This document shows, one piece after another, positions 17,920 to 27,658 of a stretch of 45,450 bases of DNA. Made by a program: the position numbers and the translations under genes. The notes beneath the pieces were generated by a model that was given only the letters and a program-made list of their open reading frames with translations, had not been told where the DNA came from and searched no databases. The stretch is taken from contig CAYFXC010000007.1 of NCBI GenBank assembly GCA_964347045.1, positions 87,953 through 133,402 on the forward strand, given 5' to 3'. Numbering within the stretch: the first letter of the stretch is position 1; each line of letters opens with the position of its first letter. Source of the stretch: an uncultured archaeon. Its GTDB lineage: Archaea; Asgardarchaeota; Hermodarchaeia; Hermodarchaeales; Hermodarchaeaceae.

Positions 17920-18690
17920 ATGAGGTTTTTTGACACCCACTCACATTTGGAGATGCCGCGACTTTTTCCCAAAGCGGAATCAATCGTTCGTCGTGCCAAA
18001 GAAGCAGGTGTTATAGGAATCGTTGTGAGTGCAATTGAGCCAAAATTTTTTCCTAAAGCCTTAGATTTGAAAAAACGATTTCCAGAGTTCGTATGGCCTA
18101 CTTTTGGTCTTCACCCTCCAAGAGCAACAACTCGAATGGTAAAACGAACGATTGAGGCCATCTATGATTATCAAGAAGAGATTGTGGCAATTGGTGAGGT
18201 GGGATTGGATTATTACTGGGTGAAGGATGCGAAAGTACGAGAAGATCAAAAATCTGCATTTATTAATTTCATTCGACTTGCTGATGAATTGAATTTGCCG
18301 TTGGTTGTGCACTCTCGGAATGCTGAAGCAGATGTGTTGCAGATTTTGCGAAATGAGAAGATGTTTGATGCTCAATTACATTGTTTCAATAATCTTGAAC
18401 ATGTTCAACTAGCAGCAGAACAAAGATTCTTCATGAGCGTTCCCACTAGCGTGGTTTCACGTCAACGCATGCAACATATTGCGGAGGCTATGCCCCTAGA
18501 GAATATGCTTTTAGAAACTGATGCTCCTTATCTCTCTCCTGTTCCTGGAAAAACAAATGAGCCATCAAATCTTCCATATGCTGCTGCAAAAATTGCTGAA
18601 CTTAAAGGGATATCAACTGAAATGGTCGCAGCTACTACAACAACTAACGCTCTAAATTTCTTGCATCTGCAACAGTTCTACCAAGTATGA
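17920..18690 (+). CDS. tatD: TatD family nuclease/hydrolase
   Basis: DTHSHL, GLHP, IGEVGLDY, VHSR, LHCF, LETDAPYL, NEP. Confidence 0.92.
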   Translation: MRFFDTHSHLEMPRLFPKAESIVRRAKEAGVIGIVVSAIEPKFFPKALDLKKRFPEFVWPTFGLHPPRATTRMVKRTIEAIYDYQEEIVAIGEVGLDYYWVKDAKVREDQKSAFINFIRLADELNLPLVVHSRNAEADVLQILRNEKMFDAQLHCFNNLEHVQLAAEQRFFMSVPTSVVSRQRMQHIAEAMPLENMLLETDAPYLSPVPGKTNEPSNLPYAAAKIAELKGISTEMVAATTTTNALNFLHLQQFYQV

Positions 18691-18710
18691 AATGCTTATT
18701 ATTAGCCTTG

Positions 18711-20537
18711 TTATCGCACTGTTAGTGTCTTACTAATATTGCGTGGATAGTCTGGGTCAATGTTTTTGTATGTTGCGAGATGGTAGGCCATAAGTTGAAG
18801 GGGGATGGCTTGGAGTATTGGGCTTACATATTTGTTTGAGTTGGGTACGACAAGAAAATCTTCCTCATTTACATAGCGTCTAAGTAGTTGATGATCTTCG
18901 CCTGTTGCAATAATACGAGCGCCACGGCATTCGACCTCTGCTAAGTGATTTACGATGTGTTCGGCATCATTTGGTGCAATTGAAAAAACAATAGGATAGC
19001 CTTCATCGACTATGCTAAGCGGTCCATGTTTAAATTCACTGGAATACATGCCATCAGCAACAATATAGCATACTTCTTTGATTTTCAATGCCCCTTCCAG
19101 AGCTACACCGTGAGTTAATCCATGACCAAGAACATAGAAGTGAGAGAAATTAGATAAGTAAGGAGCGAGGGCTCTGGCTTTCAATGTAGTTGTTGATATA
19201 GTTTCGTCAATAAGGGGAGGAAGACGTGTTTTTAAGTCCTTCAACATGGAATCCACTGTTTTTTTGTCTAAGATGCTTTTCTTGTGACCCGCTTGGGTTG
19301 CAAGGAAGCTAAAGAGAGTGACTTGGCTTGTATAGGTTTTCGTGGCAGGGACACTGATTTCAAAACCGGACCCCAAAGGCAAATAAAGATCACTTAGATG
19401 AGTGAGTGTTGAACCAAGAACGTTGACTACACTGAGAATTTTGACATTATGTTTTTGGGAATGGTGAACGGCATCCATGACATCTTTAGTTTCCCCACTT
19501 TGGCTTACACATACAACGACGTCGTTTTCACTAAGAGATTCACCATATTGCGAATTAAATTGTCCTCCAATAACTGGGATAGCGGCGATATTGGCTAAAT
19601 CGTTGAAGTAGTAGCTTCCGACTATGGTTGCGTGATAACTGGAACCGCATGCTACGAAAAAGACTCTTTCAGCTTCAATAAGTGTGTCAACAAATTGACT
19701 GATGTATGGTTCACGAATGGCGCTGAAGAGTGTCCGTGTAGCGCTGACCTGTTCATGGATTTCTTTGAGCATGAAATGAGGGTAGCCACCTTTTTGAGCA
19801 ACACGGATGTCCGCATCGGATGTGTACGGGTTTCTTTCAATAGTGGCACCATCAGAAAGTCTGAGAATTTCAAGTTTCTGAGGAGAAAGAATAATCATTT
19901 CGCCATCATGAACATTGACGATTTCCCTAGTTACAGGTAGTATACTGGGAAGGTCACTGCTCACACAGGTTTCACCGTCGCCGATGCCTGCAAAAAGGCT
20001 AGATCCCATTTTCACTGCGTAAATCTTATCGTCATCTTTGTGCATCACAGCGAAGGCATAGTCGCCCTTTAAATCACGGCAACCTTTTCGAATCGCTTCA
20101 ACTAGATCACCAGATTGATTGAAGTATCTTTCAACGACGTGGACACAAATCTCCCCATCATTCATACTTCGAACAGTGTGTCCTTCTTCAGTATATTGCT
20201 CACGAAGGGGAAGGAAATTTAGTATATTTCCATTATGTGCAGCACAAAGAATCTCATCACAATCGAGATGAGGTTGAGCGTTCAGTTTACTGGGCGCACC
20301 GAATGTTGCCCATCGTAGCTGAGCAATTCCTTTTGAACCGCGCATTTCGCGAAGACGATGTTTTTCCGCGACCTCATCAAACTTACCTTTATCTTTGCGA
20401 AGGTGAATTTGATCTTTAAATACCGTGGCGACGCCCACGGTGTCATAGCCTCTATAGGTAAGTTTCTCGGCACATTCAACTAGGGTTTCACCGATGTCGT
20501 TTCGCCGGTTACTGGTAATTGCGAAAATGCCGCACAC
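18711..20537 (-). CDS. glmS: Glutamine--fructose-6-phosphate aminotransferase
   Basis: N-terminal MCGIF, YRGYD, RWAT, HNG, SQSGET, EGALKIKE, KHGP, PRNISK. Confidence 0.95.
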   Translation of the reverse strand: MCGIFAITSNRRNDIGETLVECAEKLTYRGYDTVGVATVFKDQIHLRKDKGKFDEVAEKHRLREMRGSKGIAQLRWATFGAPSKLNAQPHLDCDEILCAAHNGNILNFLPLREQYTEEGHTVRSMNDGEICVHVVERYFNQSGDLVEAIRKGCRDLKGDYAFAVMHKDDDKIYAVKMGSSLFAGIGDGETCVSSDLPSILPVTREIVNVHDGEMIILSPQKLEILRLSDGATIERNPYTSDADIRVAQKGGYPHFMLKEIHEQVSATRTLFSAIREPYISQFVDTLIEAERVFFVACGSSYHATIVGSYYFNDLANIAAIPVIGGQFNSQYGESLSENDVVVCVSQSGETKDVMDAVHHSQKHNVKILSVVNVLGSTLTHLSDLYLPLGSGFEISVPATKTYTSQVTLFSFLATQAGHKKSILDKKTVDSMLKDLKTRLPPLIDETISTTTLKARALAPYLSNFSHFYVLGHGLTHGVALEGALKIKEVCYIVADGMYSSEFKHGPLSIVDEGYPIVFSIAPNDAEHIVNHLAEVECRGARIIATGEDHQLLRRYVNEEDFLVVPNSNKYVSPILQAIPLQLMAYHLATYKNIDPDYPRNISKTLTVR

Positions 20538-20579
20538 ACAATTTCGCTCCTTATAATAGGCTCAACAGGGAAAAATCGT

Positions 20580-21869
20580 TTAACTGTGTTTCGTTGTTAC
20601 ATTCTTTAAATTTTGCAGTTTTAGAGCAGATTGGAGTTGTTCAATGTCTGGGTCAATTACAGGAGGTGTTGATACACGTTGAATTACAATATCTTGATCT
20701 TTAAGCCCGCCGCCCGTAGCCTCGATGAGTATGGTCTCTGAGGGGTCTTGGACTCCGGATTCAAGTTGATTAATCAGACCGGCAAGCCCAGTAACTCCTG
20801 TTGGCTCAGCAAAGATTCCTTCATATTTTGCTAGTAATTGTTGGGCTTGCAGAATCGCATCATCATCTACTGCAATAGCAGAACCTTCAGATTCCCGCAC
20901 GGCTTTAAGCGCTAGATCACCATCCCAAGGAAGCGGGTCACATAATCCTTCAGCCACACTATGAGGAGAGGCACAGGGAATAATCTTGAAAGGATCTTGG
21001 TTAGTGTGGTAAGCTTGAACAAGCGGTGCGCACCCGGTGGCTTGGACAGCGAGCATACGAGGGCGATTTTTCACAAATCCGAGTTTGTGGAATTCAGTGA
21101 AACCGCGCCATTGGCCACCGAGGAGTCCTCCTGCGCCCACTTGAACATAGGCGATATCAGGAACATTCCAGTCAAGTTGTTCGATGATTTCATACCCAAG
21201 GGTTTTGGGACCTTCAGCTTGGTATGGATTAAAGGGACCGAAGCTTGGACAGGGTGTCCATCCGTACGCTGCACAAGCTTCACGAAGGAGTTTGACGGTT
21301 GGGTCGTCTCCTTTATGTAATCCGCGGAGGCGTACAACTTTAGCCCCATATAGGAGTAATTGAGCGATTTTCCCCATGGGTGCGATGTCAGGTACGAAAC
21401 AGTAGCACGTAAATCCAGCACGTGCACAATAAGCAGCTAAAGCCGCAGCAGCGTTACCACTACTTGCTGAAACGAGTGTAGTGGCACCTTGTTCCTTAGC
21501 TTTGGATACACCAACTGTCATAGGGCGATCTTTAAACGACCATGTAGGATTTCGTGTCTCATCCTTGATGTATAATTCACGAAGCCTTAGGTGTTCAGCA
21601 AGGCGTTTACTACGAATTAAAGGGGTTCCACCCTCACCTAAACTAATTATGTTTGCCTTGTCTGCAACCGGCAATAATTCGAAATAACTCCACACACCAA
21701 GAGGACGCTTAGCAATTATCTTCTTAGAAAGAACTTCCCTGAGTTGTGTATAATCATAAAATACATCGATACGTGCTTCACACTCATTGGTTTTACAAAA
21801 TATTGGATTCTGAGAGAGATTATATTCAGTACCACATTTGGGACATCTCAAATGGGTTACGTAAGACAA
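20580..21869 (-). CDS. thrC: Threonine synthase-like fold-type II PLP enzyme
   Basis: CPKC, LGEGGTPL, NPTWSFKDR, ASSGNA, EGPKT, EGIFAEP; substrate not certain. Confidence 0.8.
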   Translation of the reverse strand: MSYVTHLRCPKCGTEYNLSQNPIFCKTNECEARIDVFYDYTQLREVLSKKIIAKRPLGVWSYFELLPVADKANIISLGEGGTPLIRSKRLAEHLRLRELYIKDETRNPTWSFKDRPMTVGVSKAKEQGATTLVSASSGNAAAALAAYCARAGFTCYCFVPDIAPMGKIAQLLLYGAKVVRLRGLHKGDDPTVKLLREACAAYGWTPCPSFGPFNPYQAEGPKTLGYEIIEQLDWNVPDIAYVQVGAGGLLGGQWRGFTEFHKLGFVKNRPRMLAVQATGCAPLVQAYHTNQDPFKIIPCASPHSVAEGLCDPLPWDGDLALKAVRESEGSAIAVDDDAILQAQQLLAKYEGIFAEPTGVTGLAGLINQLESGVQDPSETILIEATGGGLKDQDIVIQRVSTPPVIDPDIEQLQSALKLQNLKNVTTKHS

Positions 21870-21871
21870 AG

Positions 21872-22495
21872 TTAGATATCCTCCTGCTGAATTTCACGCC
21901 GTAACGCGATAAGTCCATCCTGGATTATAATATATCGTTCCGACAAAGCCTCTAAATGCTCAAAAAGAGTTGCATGTTTCCCTCGGCTTCTCAAAGTTGA
22001 TTTTGTTTCCAAGTCATTGATTGGATCTAAGGACTTTCGATTTATTGCACGACGCAATGCAATTGCTACTCGGTATCCGTCTTCACGTCTAAGACGAGCC
22101 TGCTGAAGTTTAGATAAAGAATTTCTGTATTTGTTGAGCCTATTAGTTAGAGTGATTGGATCCTCTATAATCGTTAAACAAGCCAGTAAAAAAAAGATGT
22201 CTCCAATCATCTCTTTTTCCCACCACATTAACCGATGGGGTTGAACCATTAAATCAAGAGCGCCTTGTAAACACCGTTGGCTAGTTTCTAGATTTCGTAC
22301 TAAATAGAATAGATCACTTGCTTCTAAAAGGAGCCCGGCAGCACGCGTGGGCTGGTGTTGCCTCCAATAATATTCTCCACAAACAAGAATAAGGACTAAA
22401 GCATTTTTGTATTGTTTGTTCTTCCGAAGTTTCAAAGCTTCTTGAAGATATCGCCCTAATTTTACCTTCGCTATTTCAGGGCCAGGCGACATCAT
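21872..22495 (-). CDS. Hypothetical all-alpha (TPR/SNAP-like) protein
   Basis: Amphipathic helical hairpin pattern; stop 2 nt before the thrC-like start; frame is open upstream to a CTG at 22585. Confidence 0.6.
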   Translation of the reverse strand: MMSPGPEIAKVKLGRYLQEALKLRKNKQYKNALVLILVCGEYYWRQHQPTRAAGLLLEASDLFYLVRNLETSQRCLQGALDLMVQPHRLMWWEKEMIGDIFFLLACLTIIEDPITLTNRLNKYRNSLSKLQQARLRREDGYRVAIALRRAINRKSLDPINDLETKSTLRSRGKHATLFEHLEALSERYIIIQDGLIALRREIQQEDI

Positions 22496-22749
22496 AAGCC
22501 CAGTAAGGCGTAACTCCGCCTCAGTTTCAGATGACTTTTTCTGAGTTTCAATTTCCCTGTAAAAGTCATTCCATAAGTTAAGCAGAGAAACACCTCTTCA
22601 CGGAATTGCAAAATATTCGCATCTGTTCATAGTTTAAAAAGATAGAAAAACGTTCGGTGACCACTAAAACTGCAACAATTATTAGGTTTATCTATTGAAA
22701 CTAGCAAAGTTTATGTTGGCTCAGCGTTTGTTTCAGTTGGTGGCATTAA

Positions 22750-25700
22750 GTGGTTTCCAAGCGGTCTATAGTGGCAGCTATCTCCGCAGCTATCATTCTA
22801 ATGCTAATTCTAAGTTTTCTTTTACCCCTTCTGTTTTTGCCTTCAATACCTCGCCAAAAGCCTTATGATGATGTCGAGGATTGGGGAACTGGGGTGACTG
22901 TTGAAGGGGGAAATGATACTTTCCTCGATAATATCACACTTGATGATGTCACCTTAGATTTGAATTGGTCAATCAATCCTTCATTCATAGTCGCTATCGT
23001 TTCACCTGCTGAACCACCCCGTTATTGGCGAAATACTGCTTATGATCGCTACCTGGGAACCGATTGGGAAAAGAGTTCGAATAATGCCCAACCGCTTGTA
23101 GGTGTAAATCCCGGAAGTGAAATTGTTTATACTGTTACTCAAAACATCACAAATCAAGGTGTGACCGGAACCTACCCACTCCTATCCCTGTGGCCAGATC
23201 CATTAATCATTAGTAACTCTCTTCAATTTCCACATCTTTCGACTCCTAGTTCCTATAGTTTGGAAGTTGATGATTTTGGTACAATGCTCTTTAATGGATT
23301 ATTTGACCAAAATGGAACTGCATCTTTGCAGTATCAAGTTACTTATATTCCTCGAAATTGGACACTGATTCGGCCACAATCGCTTTCAGCTAGTTCAACT
23401 CCTGGTGCTATTCTTGCGCAATATCAGCAACAGGGACTTAGTTTTATGACTCCATCCACCCGTTCCGATGTGCAAACGCGGCTATCTACGATTCTGGCAG
23501 GAGTACCCAATACTGCTTTTGAACAGGCTTTTGCGATTCAAAATTATTTCAAGGCAAGCTTTGCCTTCGACCCCTTTGCTCCGAGACCTGGCGCAAGTGA
23601 TGAGCATGTCGAATGGTTTCTCCAACAAGGTGGAGGCATCGGCATCGATTTTGCCACCGCGTATACGATGTTTCTCCGAGAAGCAGGAATTGCCGCGCGA
23701 CCAGTGTTTGGAGTGATACTTGGAGAAGACCAGGGAACACAAAGAGTACTTCATCTGATGCACATACATTTCTGGGTCGAAGTGTATATTCCCACGGCTA
23801 CGCAAGGATATTGGATCCAATTTGATCCTACTCCCCTACCTAGCTTCATCACAGATGGCAGTCCCCCACCAATACCTTCGCCATCAAATAGTGTTCCAGA
23901 TCCAGTCGTTCCCGATGAAGACCCATACGTTGTGAGCACCTATTTCAATCTCACAATCAATGTTACTCCGTTAATTGTCAATCGGGGAGAAATATTCCAA
24001 ATTACTGCTATTCTCACCCAAGACGGAGCTCCCCAACCAGGAGAGACCATTTTCTTCTACGACGCAACAGAACAATGGTTCTTAGGAAGTAATGTAACAT
24101 CAGTACTTGGAGAAACAAGTATAACATTTGATTATAATGATTCAGCTCTTGTCGGTTTTCACTTGCTTCGTGCTGAGTTTAGTGCGTTAAGCTCATATAA
24201 TGTAGTCGCCCTTCGTGGCGGAGCCAATCTATCGCTATCAGTAACTCCGTTTGAAGCCAATCGAAGTGCGTTTGTTCATATTAATGGTACTTTGATAGAC
24301 GCAGTTAACGGAAGAGGAATCTCTGCTAATGAAACAGGTTACATAGGAGTTAGTATATTATTCAATTCTTTCATTGCCACAGAACCACTTACTGATATTA
24401 ATGGACGCTATGTTGTGGACTATTCCATCCCCCTCTCTCAGGCACCCTTGGGCCCAACTTCAGTTCAAGCGACTTTTTCAATTCCCACCATCATTAATCC
24501 AACCTCTAGCACCATTGAAATTCTAAATGTAACTGCCACATCACAACTCACAATTCAAGCCATTCCAAATTCTATTCGCCAATACAGCAATACTACAGTT
24601 CAAGGAAGATTACGATATGATAATGGAACGGGAATCGCAGGAGAATCAATTCAGCTTTTCTGGAACGGAACATCCATCGGCGCAGTAAACACCGATAGTG
24701 CTGGCTATTATTCTATGCAGTACAATGCCACACCTCCGGTTGGACAAGTCACCATAGACGCTGAATTTCTTGGCATTCAATATGTGTATGGTTCAAAAGC
24801 GTCAAATATTGCGCTTGTTCATGACGAAGGTACAATTGCAATTTTTGTTGACGACGATGATGGTGATGATATTACACAACGAGGAAATACCATATTCTTT
24901 TCGGGCTGGGTAGAAGATTCTAACGGGACACGTCAGGGAGGAGTAACTGTTCGCATTTACTTGAATGGGACACAAGTTGTTTCTACTGTGACCTTTACTA
25001 ATGGCTCATTCTTTATCAGCTATCCGCTGGTAGCAACTCAACCAGTCGGTGTACGAGAAGTAACAGGTGATATTGTTCATCCGACATTAGTGGTCATTTC
25101 GAGTTTTGATTACTTCACGATTAATTCGTCAACACAAATCAGGAACTTAATGGTTGATTTTTCCCCTGTGATGCTTGGAGAAACGGTCACACTAACTGGT
25201 CAATTGGTTGATGACCAAGGAAACGGGCTTTCAGGACATGATCTTAATATTGAAATTTCATATCTAGCCGTATCTTTTCCTGTGGGAACTCTAATCACTC
25301 AATCGGGAGGCACTTTTTCATTCGTTTTAATAATTCCAGCTAGTGTTCCCACAAGTGTTTCTACGGTTTCATTTGATGTTACGTATTCAGGAACCGTATA
25401 TTATGGAAGCAGCTCTGACTCTGAGCTTTTTGATGTGTTTTCAAACGCTACATTACTGATTGATGTACCATCTGGCCCCTTTGCATGGAATGCGAGTGTT
25501 TTAGTTAACGGGACGCTTGTGGATAACTTTGGACGTGCTTTACCAAACCGTGATATCCGGTTATTTGTTAATGGAACTAACATCATTTCTACTGCATCAA
25601 ATCAATTTGGCCAGGTGGGTTTCGTGCTCAGATTCGCTCCTTCAGGAATAAACGATATTTCTTATGCTCTTCAGCTTCGGCACGAAACGATAATTACCCT

Positions 25701-26262
25701 TAACTCATCTGTTAGGAACATAATTGTGGAGGCTCAACAACCTATGCAACCACCACCGCCCCTTAGTATCCCACTTGAATGGATTATTGCGATAGTCGGG
25801 ATCATAATCATTGTAATAATAGTTATCCTTGGCTATCGCTACTGGAAACGTCGTCCTCGGCAGCCTACTGTACCGTCAATTGATGCATCTTCGATGTTAA
25901 CATCGCTTCGCCGACTACTAAAAGATAAGAAATACCGTGAAGCTGTCATCTATGCCTTTCGAATGTATGAGACAATAATTCAAGCGAAACTCGGAATATA
26001 TCGGGACCCAAGTATTACGGTTCGAGAGTTTGCCAACCTGACGATCGCGCATGGTCGTTTTGATTCACGAAACATGGAAGTCTTCATTCGGGGTGTCGAG
26101 GAAGCCCGCTATAGTGATCACCCCATTAGCTATAATTTAGCCCTTTCAACATTAAGTGCCTTTGCTAGTCTCTATAACTCCTTGACTGGAGGCAATCTAC
26201 GATTTGTCACACAAGAAGAACAACTACGCCAACCAGAAGCCGAACCAACCGAAGGCGGCTGA
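22750..26262 (+). CDS. Large membrane-anchored protein: transglutaminase-like domain, Ig-like repeats, TM helix and DUF4129-like tail
   Basis: N-terminal hydrophobic anchor, YWRNTAYDRY, DFATAYTMFLREAGIAAR, HFWVEVY, FDPTP, repeated G.L.D..G..I beta units, TM then RYWKRR, TVREF...EEARYS. Confidence 0.9.
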   Translation: MVSKRSIVAAISAAIILMLILSFLLPLLFLPSIPRQKPYDDVEDWGTGVTVEGGNDTFLDNITLDDVTLDLNWSINPSFIVAIVSPAEPPRYWRNTAYDRYLGTDWEKSSNNAQPLVGVNPGSEIVYTVTQNITNQGVTGTYPLLSLWPDPLIISNSLQFPHLSTPSSYSLEVDDFGTMLFNGLFDQNGTASLQYQVTYIPRNWTLIRPQSLSASSTPGAILAQYQQQGLSFMTPSTRSDVQTRLSTILAGVPNTAFEQAFAIQNYFKASFAFDPFAPRPGASDEHVEWFLQQGGGIGIDFATAYTMFLREAGIAARPVFGVILGEDQGTQRVLHLMHIHFWVEVYIPTATQGYWIQFDPTPLPSFITDGSPPPIPSPSNSVPDPVVPDEDPYVVSTYFNLTINVTPLIVNRGEIFQITAILTQDGAPQPGETIFFYDATEQWFLGSNVTSVLGETSITFDYNDSALVGFHLLRAEFSALSSYNVVALRGGANLSLSVTPFEANRSAFVHINGTLIDAVNGRGISANETGYIGVSILFNSFIATEPLTDINGRYVVDYSIPLSQAPLGPTSVQATFSIPTIINPTSSTIEILNVTATSQLTIQAIPNSIRQYSNTTVQGRLRYDNGTGIAGESIQLFWNGTSIGAVNTDSAGYYSMQYNATPPVGQVTIDAEFLGIQYVYGSKASNIALVHDEGTIAIFVDDDDGDDITQRGNTIFFSGWVEDSNGTRQGGVTVRIYLNGTQVVSTVTFTNGSFFISYPLVATQPVGVREVTGDIVHPTLVVISSFDYFTINSSTQIRNLMVDFSPVMLGETVTLTGQLVDDQGNGLSGHDLNIEISYLAVSFPVGTLITQSGGTFSFVLIIPASVPTSVSTVSFDVTYSGTVYYGSSSDSELFDVFSNATLLIDVPSGPFAWNASVLVNGTLVDNFGRALPNRDIRLFVNGTNIISTASNQFGQVGFVLRFAPSGINDISYALQLRHETIITLNSSVRNIIVEAQQPMQPPPPLSIPLEWIIAIVGIIIIVIIVILGYRYWKRRPRQPTVPSIDASSMLTSLRRLLKDKKYREAVIYAFRMYETIIQAKLGIYRDPSITVREFANLTIAHGRFDSRNMEVFIRGVEEARYSDHPISYNLALSTLSAFASLYNSLTGGNLRFVTQEEQLRQPEAEPTEGG

Positions 26263-27652
26263 AGCGAAAACACGAAGTAAATTCATAACAATCTTTGTCT
26301 TCTGCTTCGTGTTCGCTATAGCGTGGCTGCCAATTCTTCTCAGCGTTACCGGAGTAGGAGGAGTGGACATTCTACCTTTCTCAATTTACAATTATAGCCC
26401 ATTTCCGGGTGATGGTTGCTCTGAACTTGCACTTGAATTAGAAAATAATGGTTATGAGGTAAATCCTCTAATTAGTTCTCTAAGCGTCATTAATGGCATC
26501 CCAGGAAATCAGGTCCTATTCATTATCGGTCCTACGCATTTCTTCTCAATTATTGAGACTTCAGCCCTTTTGGATTTCTTCATAAATGGTGGGAGTATGC
26601 TTTTAGTTGACGATTTTGGCTCCGCTAACACCATTTTAGACGGGCTTGCAATATACATTGATTATTGGCCAAAACGAATGGAGAACTTAATGCTTGTTTC
26701 AGCGATTCGCTTTACCCAAGGTTTACTTCTTGATGCAACCAACAATGATAATGGAACGCCTCTGCTAGCTGCGATTAATTCATTTAATGACGGCGGCCGC
26801 ATCTTTTCTTCTGGGCATCATGTTGTAATGAATTACGCCACATCAATTGAAGCTCCTGCAGGATTAGCGTTAGCAACTTCATCGACAAATTCGTGGATTG
26901 TAGCAGGAGATGTCGTAAATCACATCCAACATGGAGGAGATCCAAATTACATCGCGTATAATGCAAGTCGAGGAGACCAACCAGGCCCACTCCCGCTCAT
27001 GATCGAAATGCAGATAGAAAATGGACGGTTAATGCTGCTAAGTGATCCAAGCATTTTCATCAATAATATGATTGATCGAGGAACTAACCGTTTATTTGCA
27101 TTGGAGCTTTTTACCTATTTAGCAAACCAAGCGCAAGCTGATACCATAATAATTGATCATAACCATCTTGGCTGGTCTCCTTCATCACCAGTTCTCTATG
27201 TTGGTATGATGCTAGGACAGATTACCTATGTTTCCACAAATTGGCTTTTAGCGCCCTTGGCACCGCTTCTAGCCCTTTGGATGGTAAGACGATATTTGCC
27301 GTTTGGACGACCTGAGAAGCAAAAACCGATGGAAATGTACCGGTTACGTGGACAAACAATGTTTACCAAAACGTTGTACGATTATATTAACAATCATCGA
27401 TACAACGATGCACTAGAAATCATCTATGGTCAACTTAAACGCGATTTACGTCGGCGACATGGTTTGCGCGTATTTGATGTGCCAAGGCTTCTTGTTACTG
27501 TTTCTCGTACTCGTCAGCCAAGCGATATTGCGCTGATAACTAATGATTTTGAGACATTGGAAAAAGCAGTCCATGAATCAAAGCAGATTAAGCGAGAAGA
27601 GTTCTTGGATCTCTTTTTCAAAATTGAAAGAATTCGAGACAATATAGGGTGA
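26204..27652 (+). CDS. DUF4350-like membrane-anchored protein
   Basis: N-terminal TM, GCSEL, GGSMLLVDDFG..N.IL, GRLMLLSDPSIFINNMI, C-terminal TM; operon context. Confidence 0.75.
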   Translation: MSHKKNNYANQKPNQPKAAEAKTRSKFITIFVFCFVFAIAWLPILLSVTGVGGVDILPFSIYNYSPFPGDGCSELALELENNGYEVNPLISSLSVINGIPGNQVLFIIGPTHFFSIIETSALLDFFINGGSMLLVDDFGSANTILDGLAIYIDYWPKRMENLMLVSAIRFTQGLLLDATNNDNGTPLLAAINSFNDGGRIFSSGHHVVMNYATSIEAPAGLALATSSTNSWIVAGDVVNHIQHGGDPNYIAYNASRGDQPGPLPLMIEMQIENGRLMLLSDPSIFINNMIDRGTNRLFALELFTYLANQAQADTIIIDHNHLGWSPSSPVLYVGMMLGQITYVSTNWLLAPLAPLLALWMVRRYLPFGRPEKQKPMEMYRLRGQTMFTKTLYDYINNHRYNDALEIIYGQLKRDLRRRHGLRVFDVPRLLVTVSRTRQPSDIALITNDFETLEKAVHESKQIKREEFLDLFFKIERIRDNIG

Positions 27653-27658
27653 ATAACA

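Noticed and set aside
17829-17999. 56-aa N-terminal extension of the second carbamoyltransferase in the ORF track
   Set aside because: It overlaps the divergent tatD start and promoter region, and homology to the paralog begins at the ATG at 17828.
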